Positions 13,220 through 64,000 of a stretch of DNA of 64,000 nucleotides are shown here, piece by piece (the stretch's first letter is position 1; each line of letters starts with the position of its first letter). The stretch covers positions 70,000,001 through 70,064,000 of the forward strand of contig NC_045697.1 of NCBI RefSeq assembly GCF_009834535.1. Direction: 5' to 3'. Source of the stretch: Camelus ferus. Taxonomy: Eukaryota. Made by a program: the position numbers and the translations under genes. The notes below the pieces were generated by a model that saw only the letters and a program-made list of their open reading frames with translations, had not been told where the DNA came from and searched no databases.

Positions 13220-13800
13220 TATTTGGCACATTTATTGAGTTCCATGCTTTTTGTCTTAGTACTGTTTACACAGAGATAATGAAATCATGATCTCTGTTCT
13301 TAAGGAATCTCTAGACTAGTGGGAGAGCCAGTGTTAAATACCATACAACATATAATGTACTTGAGAAGCCTGTACATGGAAAGGAGCAACTAAATGATCC
13401 TGGAGGCAGGGGACGTAGTTTCAGAAACTGAATAATTTGCTCCATCTTGGAAATTATTTAAATTGGAGTTTTACAGATCTCAAGAAAGGAAAAGTATTTA
13501 AAATACTGGGAACGGGGAAAGCAAAGACATGTCATAGTTTGGTACATGACTGAAAAGCTGTGGGTAGGATGAGTAAGGAGGAGGAAAGAATAACCCTAAA
13601 GATTTTTCTGATTTAGACAACTGTAGGAATATAATTCTGTTAAATGGGTCATTTGGAGAATAGTGGAAGAAAGTTAAGCTTTGAAAAAAATTAGCTTCAT
13701 TTTGAATATGTGGGTCTGGGGAGTCTGCAGGACAGCTAAGTAGAAGTAGAGATCTAGAAGTTATCAGCATGTATGTGGTCCTTTAAGCCAACCTAAGAGG
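13220..13800 (-). mobile_element. L2 LINE fragment
   Basis: cacatttattgag ... ctctagactagtgggagag ... gatctagaagttatcagcat, typical antisense L2 3' region. Boundaries approximate. Confidence 0.6.
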
Positions 13801-15419
13801 TTGGAATCAGAGATGCTAGACCCTGGGTTACAAACCTATAATGTTTATTAGGACTGGAAGGTAAATGAGAGAAGCTATCTAGGAGAAAAGTGCCACAAGC
13901 CTGAGAGCATATTCTCTGTTTAATCAGGGTACAAGTTCTAAGTAGTAATGTGGGCCTAATGCCATCAGATCTCAATTTTTTAAGAGCAGCTGGAAATCTT
14001 TTTGTTGTTTGTTTTTAATGTGAAATATGATTTTTAAGTGTTGGCAACTATTTTATTTGTGTTTAAATACTGAGCAGGCTAGACAAAACATGTCTTGGAC
14101 CACATTCAGACAATTGGCAGCCAGTTTGTTAAATTGGACTGTAGAGTGAGAAAGATGAACCAGAATTTTAGGACACAAAAATATGGTAATAAATAAAATT
14201 ATGAGCTCCTCCAAGATGCTTGGCCTGAAAACATTGGGCAGTCATCACAAATTATTTTAAGCCTAGGTCTGATGTTTTATTAAGTCTGAGAGTGCTCTTC
14301 AGCAGGTTGGAGAGTTGTGGGAATAGAGTTACACTTGTGAGTACATTAACTTCAGGCTAAAACCAAAAAGAAACTAATTTTTAAAAATGATATGAAAGGC
14401 ATCTAAGAGGCAGAATCAACCTATCTATAATTATTTCAACTTGGATTGACTTCAAAAATATAGAAAAAAAATTTTAATGTTTTAAAAAATATCTCATTTC
14501 CCCCTCCTAAGTAGTACATGAATATAGAAGACTAGGAAGATGACTACGGAGGCAGTGTAGTCTCAACCTCCTCATACAGCAGGTAGAGCATCTAGGATAA
14601 AAAAGCGACAATAATAACAAATCATGGCTACAAGAAAAGGAATCCCCATAAAGCTCAAAATGTGAGCAGAAGGGAGCAAACCACCAACTTAGTATCAGCA
14701 TCTGTGTAGGAGGAAACAGTGGGATGGCAGCAGAGCACCTGAAGGCCATGAGAGTGGGAAGATCTCAAGCTGCCAACAGGTATTCACTGAAAAGCAAGGG
14801 AGATCAATATGAAAGTAGCAGCAAAACTGACAGATTGTAATTTCAGAATGAGTATAAAAGGACAAGCAGGAAAGTCCGAAAGTGCCAGAGGGGTATTGGG
14901 GTCTATGAATTCTCAAAACTTAATAAACCTGAGCTCCCACTAAGGAGAAACTTCTGGGAATGGAATCCAAATTGAACAGGACAGGTACAATAGAGGCAAA
15001 GGAAAAGTTCAAATAAAAGTGGGAGAAAAGGAAAAGGAGACAGAGCTAAGAAATGACCAAGATACATAGGTGTCATTTTATGAAAATATCAGAAAAGGAA
15101 GCTCTGGAAGCCAGAAGAACTATTCTACCCACTCCTACCTCTTAAAAGTGTAGAATAACTTATTTAGCCTAAAAACATACCACAATAAGAACAATAATTG
15201 AACCCTATTTAAAGCTGTTATAATAAAAAAGAATATGGAGCAGGAAAAAAGCATATGGAAACTAACCCAATATTTCAAAACAGGAGAAAATTTTTTAATG
15301 ATAGAATATAGAACAAAATAAAACAAAAACTCAGAAATAAAGTGATTGGAAAAAAGAAGATCTGAAGAGGTGTCACAGAACTCAGAAAAGAATATGAAAT
15401 GTAAGGAGCACACATATAT

Positions 15420-15816
15420 ATTCAACTTACACTGGAGGTGCTAGCTAGTGCAACAAGAAGAAAGGAGAATTAAAGAAGTAAAACTGTTCTCAGGTGACAT
15501 GATTGTCTATGAAAAACATCCAAAAAAGTCAACAAAAGAAACCCCTTGTGGAATTAATAAATGATTATAGCAAGGTCACAAGTGACAAGGTTAAGAGACA
15601 AAAATCAACTGATTTCCTATCTACCAGAAATGAACAATTGAATTGTAACCTGGTTGGGATCTTGGAACAGAAAAAAAGCATTAGATTTAAACCTAGGAAA
15701 TCTAAATAAAGTATAGATTTTAGTTAATACAGCAATCAGTAATAATAATTACACCACACTAATGTAAGATATTAATAATGAGAGTAACTGGATGCAGGCT
15801 ATATAAGAAATCTCTG
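15420..15816 (+). mobile_element. Old L1M fragments (RT region joined to an L1MC-like 3' end), followed directly by the LTR
   Basis: ctggaggtgctagctagtgcaacaag ... gacatgattgtctat ... tagcaaggtcaca ... aaatcaactgatttccta is L1 ORF2-like; caccacactaatgtaagatattaataat is L1M 3' UTR-like. Confidence 0.7.
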
Positions 15817-15820
15817 GAAT

Positions 15821-16290
15821 TTTAATAGGGAAGAAGAAACCTGACTCCATATTGAATCTGTTCTTTTACTTTAACCTTTGTTTTCTATTGCTTGTTAATC
15901 ACTCAAGGGATATTGGCTATAAGCTTAAATTATAATGGCCCATTTCTGGGAAGCTTGCCACCCAGGTAATGAGTGTTAAGCTAAATTACCTTTATTTGGC
16001 TCACAAGAAACATCCTGACCAGGCCCACCTGCAAATGACTGCAGGAAGGAATAAATTAACACATCCCCTTCAGAGGCCCACGGGAACCAGGAAATGTTTG
16101 ACTTCACTCCCTCCTTTTAGTATAAAAGGAACCTGAATTCTAACTCAGGAAAGATGGTTCTTTGGGACATTAGTCCATCATCTTCTCAATCTGCTGGCTT
16201 TCTGAATAAAGTCACTATTCCTTGCTCCAAGAACTCCTTGACTTACTGGCCTGTTGTGTCACGAGCGGTATGAACTTGGGCTTGGTAACA
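15821..16290 (+). mobile_element. ERV1 solo LTR, MER41-like
   Basis: 470 bp; T(T)TAATAGGG...GGTAACA ends; flanks GAAT/GAAC (4-bp TSD, 1 mismatch); TATAAAA 16121-16127; AATAAA 16205-16210; 5' motif ctgactccatattgaat resembles MER41-type LTRs. Confidence 0.8.
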
Positions 16291-16746
16291 GAACGTCTTA
16301 GTAAATAAAATGATTCTGATCAAAATTTAAGTTTTGCTTTCTTTATAATAGTTTATGGAAATAAAGCCATGAATTCTCTCCTGTAAATGTTAGAAATTCA
16401 ATTTTGTGTGGCCAAATATAGTGTAAAGTTAGACTCCTTTTAGGGTGACTATTATTGACCCATAAGGATTTTTTTATTGTTGTCAAATATATGTGTGTGG
16501 AGGGGTGGGAGGTGAAGGTAAAGTCTGGTTAATAACTCCATTTTGGAAAAATGACTGTCCTTCTTAGAGAGTCTTAAGTTTTCAAGTGTTTCAAACCTAA
16601 GTCTCATTTACTCTTGTTAAGGAAATGTATTTAGTGCATTTTTATTTTCTCAAAGAGAATTCTTAAATAAAACCTTATAAAATAGTACATGTATTTGCCT
16701 ATAATTTTTGTCTTGGTACAAAAGAGATCATCACTTCTTAAGAATA

Positions 16747-16884
16747 CAGTCCTCTCTCAGTATCCTTGTGGGATTTGTTCCAGGATCCCTGCTGTTACCA
16801 AATTCTACAGATGCTCAAATCCCTTACAGTTGGCCCTCCTGGGTATCCCCTGGCTTTGTATCTGCCAATACAGAGGACAAACTG
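16747..16884. mobile_element. TcMar-Tigger MITE (MER2-like)
   Basis: TA|CAGTCCTCTCTCAGTATCC ... AATACAGAGGACAAACTG|TA: degenerate TIRs and TA TSD; internal ttgttccagga...gatgctcaaatccctta. Confidence 0.75.
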
Positions 16885-18564
16885 TATTTTTAACCTATCA
16901 ATATTTTTTTACAGGATTCTTTGAAAATGCTAACTCCGTCACTGAATTGAAAATAGTATTAGTCTTTATTATGACCACTTAGGGATAACTTGAAGAGTCC
17001 CTCTAAAAAACTTTTTTTCATTAATGTGCTTTTTTCTTGAACAGAGTAGAGTGTTCTGATGTTACAAAGACTTTTTTTTCCCTCTATAGCGATCATACAT
17101 TCTTACTTACTTTATCTGTATCTAGTAGGGTGATACATTTCCTTCCAACCTTTAGTGGGGTGAAGTTCATTCAATCCTCTAATCTAGGAAATGAGTTAGC
17201 TCCTAACAGCCTCTGACACTCAACAGAAACACAACTGTACTTTGGAATTAGTCAGCCATCTTCATTTCATTGTCTCTTATTATCACTGCAAAATAGTAGT
17301 ATATATTCCACAGTGTCATGTACTACCAATGAAATTTCATTGCAATAGCATTGTTTTAAAATCTATTATTTGATTTTAAATTGGCTAGCACAGATCAATT
17401 TCCCCCCCGGAGCAATTTGTTCAGCCTGGAACATCTAACAACAACAATCAAGTGCTCTGTTAGCCTCCATACGAAAGTGTGACAGATTTGTTAAAAGATA
17501 GTCTCAATTAATAATTCTATGTCATCCATAAGAAATTCATTTTTCCACTTCCTATCTCTAATATTTTTTATCTCTAATATTGGATCTAGGTCTCAAGGTT
17601 TATTTTTCTATAGTCCTTAAATCATTTTACTAAATCAATCAAATCTAATCTGTGAAATAATTGTTGTTAGGATACCCTAGACAATGTGAAGAGCTCAGCA
17701 TAGTGTATTGTACATAGGAACCATCCCATAGATGGGAGCTCTTGTTATCTTTGTACTGTGTGCTGTGCTTCTGTCCTGCTTCACATGCCGTGTAAAATAG
17801 CTGATGAGTTTTGGAAGGTATTTCTCATATATACTGTACATTGTTTGTGCTGCTTGATCAACAGAGCAGCAGAGGAGAATGCCTCTCCTTTGGTACACAG
17901 AATTCACTGAATATAGAAAGAGTTTGGCATCCTTATCTGAAGTCTTTCAAATGTCTTTGTAAAAAGTTACAAGCAAAATATAAAAGGATGATACTATTTA
18001 TTAACAACAGAAGCAATCTTATTTGAACATTTTGTGTTGAACTGACTACTTAATACAGTGACTCATAGAAGCTTTCTAGTGGAAAGCAAATGCTCGAATG
18101 AAACAGCGTTTATTTTGTTAGGCAATAGTGATATGCTTTTTATTGGTTGGACTCTGGTAAACACCTGACAACGAATGGTACTTTACCCGAAGAGACACGT
18201 ATCATGCCCCACATAGTCTAAGCCCAGACACATAACTGTGAGCCTAAACATGGAAATACAAAAGACAGTTCTCATAAGATTCAAACTAATCCTTAATTTA
18301 AATAAATAAGTATGTAAAGTTAAGTGGCTTCATACCACTGTGCATGTAATGAAGAAATTGTGGGACTACATAGAAATCTATTCAAATATAAAGCAATAAA
18401 GCACTTTCACATTATCTTGTATTTATAATGCCTACTAGTCATAAAAGCTTATATTTCTTCAACAGTTATTTTTCTAAGAATGGCCTTTTCTATTTACACC
18501 AGGAAAACTTAATATTTATAACTTTAAGGCAATAGTCATAACTATTTTATTTTTGTATAGGTAC

Positions 18565-18678
18565 ATTTTTTTCTAATGTCGTGTCTTTATTTTTTGTTTT
18601 ATTTAATTTTTTTATTGAAGTATAGTCAATTACAGTCTGGAATTTCTGGTGTCGAGCACAATGCCCCAGTCATGCTTA
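18565..18678 (-). mobile_element. Very short L1 3'-end insertion
   Basis: Matches the 3' terminus of the 3034-8645 L1; flanked by direct repeat TTGTATAGGTAC (18553-18564, 18679-18690). Confidence 0.8.
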
Positions 18679-19849
18679 TTGTATAGGTACTTTAGCCATG
18701 ATTTATATATAAAACATGATAGCAAACTAAGTTCTAATCTCAATAGATGATAAAGACAATTTTCACATTTCAGTTCTTTATATAAAAACTTATTTCAAGA
18801 GGAAATATGCTTGACTTCGGAGATTTTTAAATTTTAGCTTTCGTCGTATGGCCCTGTCTATCATGTTGACTATCTTTTAACTGAGTTGTCTAGATTTAAC
18901 CTTAAGGTTAGGATTCTAGAAAAAGGTTTGAAGAGAGATGAGGGTAGATTTTCTTAAACCCATTTTATGTGTAAACATGGCTGTAAGTATTTTCAGTTTC
19001 ATTCAATTAGCTATTTGCCAGCACTTTATTCCTCCCTTTGCCAAAACATCCCACGTGTCCCCTAAACTGCCTCGTTTTTGTAGGTTTGTTCATATCAGAG
19101 TTCTCGTGCAGAAGTTTCCAAAGAGAAGAGTTGGTTTAGTTAGTGTGGCCTTAGCCTTTAGGGTATTTGCTTTAGTTCTAGAGCAGTTTTCTAGTTAATT
19201 TTCTATAGTAGAAATGTTAAGGGCTGGAATTCCTTCTCTGAATTTCTTCCTAGAAATGGGATTCAGAAAGCACAAGGGACTCCAGCCAGCCAGTGCGGGG
19301 ACTCAGACAAGTGTTTCTTGTCATAGAGCTAGAGGTCTACAATGTTAAACTCAACGGCCTACTAGGGTGTTAGATAGATGATGCTGACTCACACATAAGG
19401 AAAATCATTTAGGTTTTAGAAATGAGAAAGTTTTATCTGTTCTAACATTATTTAGAAATGATTGGTGGTGGTACAACTTAAAAATTTTAAATTTAAATCC
19501 TAAAATTCAGAGTGATTTTTTTTAAATAATAGCATGCACATGGTATAAAAAAATTCAGATGACCATCCAAGACAATAAAATTCAATCAAATTTATCTGAA
19601 TTTGCAAATCCTCACTGCCCTCCCACATAAAGTGTAAATGTGAAGATGGGCATTTAATGTTACAGGCGTGATGACGATTACGTGTTGAGCAGAAAAGTAT
19701 TGCCACCAGTTATCCTTGACAGTCTCTCAGTACTTCTGAATTTATAGGATGGTAGACTGGTTTAGTTTAGCTCCCAAAGTGAAAATTTTCTTGGTTTTCA
19801 TTTCTGGGAAAAAATAAAAATAAAAAGTGAGAGACTGAAAGCTACAGCC

Positions 19850-19950
19850 CACCTAAGTTTAATCATTAATAGTGAACCTTTCTGCGAACTTAGGTCCTGA
19901 TTTTGGAGTTTGGAATCTGACCTTTCCCCCAAAGATAAACATTGTTGCAG
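19850..19950 (+). promoter_or_regulatory. MTTP: MTTP proximal liver/intestine promoter (HNF1, HNF4/DR1, TATA-like elements)
   Basis: HNF1-type GTTTAATCATTAAT (19857-19870); HNF4/DR1-type GGAGTTTGGAATCTGACCTTTCCCC (19905-19929); GATAAA TATA-like box (19934-19939). All lie 110-190 nt upstream of the ATG, matching the known MTTP promoter layout. Confidence 0.8.
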
Positions 19951-20047
19951 GTTCTGAGGAGGGTCACTGCCTCGCTGCCATTGGAAGAGTCCACTTCTCA
20001 GTGACTCCTCCCTGGGAACTGGATGCATTAGAGGGTAGCTAGTCAGT

Positions 20048-62344
<42,297 letters not shown>

Positions 62345-64000
62345 GTAAGAAGCAAAGCTTGTCAAATGTTCCAGGGCTATCTCCAGCTCACCAGAACCTC
62401 CCATTCTGTTTTGAGTGTTCAGTTTCAGAAATTAAAAGAAAACAGTAAAAAAAACCAGTGGAACATGAATTTTCTTTAAATGAGTAAAAGAATAATTAAG
62501 ACTAAAACAAAAGTCAGTTTCTAGGATATTAAGAAACTGTAATGATTAGTTCAGTTGATTTAGGAGATAATACCATATTCTAGTCCAGAAATAATTTAGC
62601 AAGGAAACCAAGGGATTTGATTTACCAGAAGAGTTGCCACATAGTTTCAGCAAAAATACTAGATGTATGTTTACTATCAGCTATTTTCACAAGTGTCTTC
62701 TGGACAGAAAGCTCAAAACAAAATACCTGACAATCATTCACCATGGTTTAAGAGCCCAAATGAACTTACAATTTTTAGGTAGTCCATGCAACAGCAACTT
62801 GAGCTGGTGTAAGTTTTGGCTCAAGCTTAAGAGTTTGGGATTTTGAATTAAAAAACTTTTTTTTTAGTAGAATACTTCATTTCTCAGAAACCACATGTGT
62901 AATGGGCCAGGTGGCTTTCCCAACAGTCTTCCACTCTAGAATTGTCATTGACACTGTGCCCTTTGAATCTTGTAGCAATTACTTGTAACAAAACTATCAC
63001 AAGGAGGGAGGATGCTCTGGGTCTAGGGGGCACTGCCGCTTCTGTGGTAGGTGTAGAGGTCTCCTTGACACACACTCTTAGCCATGAAAAGAATGTGTAG
63101 CCTTAAAACAGAGAGCCATGTCCTGCATCATCTCCTTTGATAATAGGCCAGAGTTGAGCACCTTCATTATTTCACTAACATTTCATGATCCGTGTAAGGA
63201 ATGCTAGATGATATTAATACAAATATGAGCAGGTTATATTTTTACAGAAGAAAAGATGGTAGATTATAGTCGAATATTAAACTATGGCTAATTTATGCTA
63301 ACTTAACATCTACAATAAATCTTGATGCATTTAGAAACTCAACCTTCCAATGGTCAAAATGCAGTGACCAGCAGTCCAGGGACAAGGTGAACTGGTTTGG
63401 GTCCCCATTTCTCTCGGGCCAGAGCCCTGGGGATGTTTCTAGGTCAGTAATCTCAGCTTCAAATCAGTTGGTTTTGCTCCTTACTCAAAAGGGGAGTATC
63501 CCTGAGTGGGGCTCCTGGAATGAGGGCAGGGAGACATAGCAAGGCCCACAAAGCTTAGAGGTGTCTCCAAAGAGCTGAGAGGAATTTGGTCCTTCAGTCC
63601 AGAAAAATGAGTGACGAGACTCCCATATCCCAGGCACCTGAAGTGGATCTGCTGGTGTAAAAATAAACGAGAAGAAAAACAAAACCACCCATTCGTGGGA
63701 ATGAAAACTGGTCATCTTTGACACTCACAGCCTTTCTCAAATGGCTTTGAAACAAAAGCTTCAAGTGTTCACTCGACAACTTGGCTCTGACGGGTGTGGG
63801 ATGACTTTAATATGGGTGTAATTTTGCTATTGTTGTTGTTGTGCAGGCAATTTGAGACCAAGTATGAAAGGCTGTCCACAGGCAGAGGTTATGTCTCCCG
63901 GAAAAGAAAAGAAAGCCTGATAGCAGGATCTGAATTCCCACTGCACCAGGAGAACTCGGAGATGTGCAAGGCGGTGTTCGCTCCTCCACCAGAGAGCAGT

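Overview
Mammalian genomic DNA, most likely a camelid (two tRNA-Ala-derived Vic-1-type SINEs; cetartiodactyl-type L1 3' ends). It holds the head-to-head TRMT10A / MTTP locus. On the minus strand are the first coding exon of TRMT10A (325-509) and a probable non-coding exon 1 in a CpG-rich promoter at about 11.3-11.85 kb. On the plus strand are 17 coding exons of MTTP (20048-62344). I spliced these by hand: all introns are GT-AG and they give one open frame of 2513 nt (837 codons + 2 nt); the last exon lies beyond the window. The rest is intronic or intergenic DNA rich in transposons. Almost all ORFs in the supplied track are chance ORFs, exon read-throughs or L1 fragments. I found no novel gene system. 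The most notable fine-scale items are: a 3'-truncated 5S rRNA retrocopy with a perfect 19-bp TSD nested in an L1 tail; a MER41-like solo LTR with a GAS/STAT motif upstream of MTTP; a splice acceptor in the MTTP proximal promoter that fits transcription from the shared promoter; a minimal uORF; and a T9(GT)6 acceptor. Repeat family names and comparisons with human come from recall and need RepeatMasker/Dfam or alignment confirmation.
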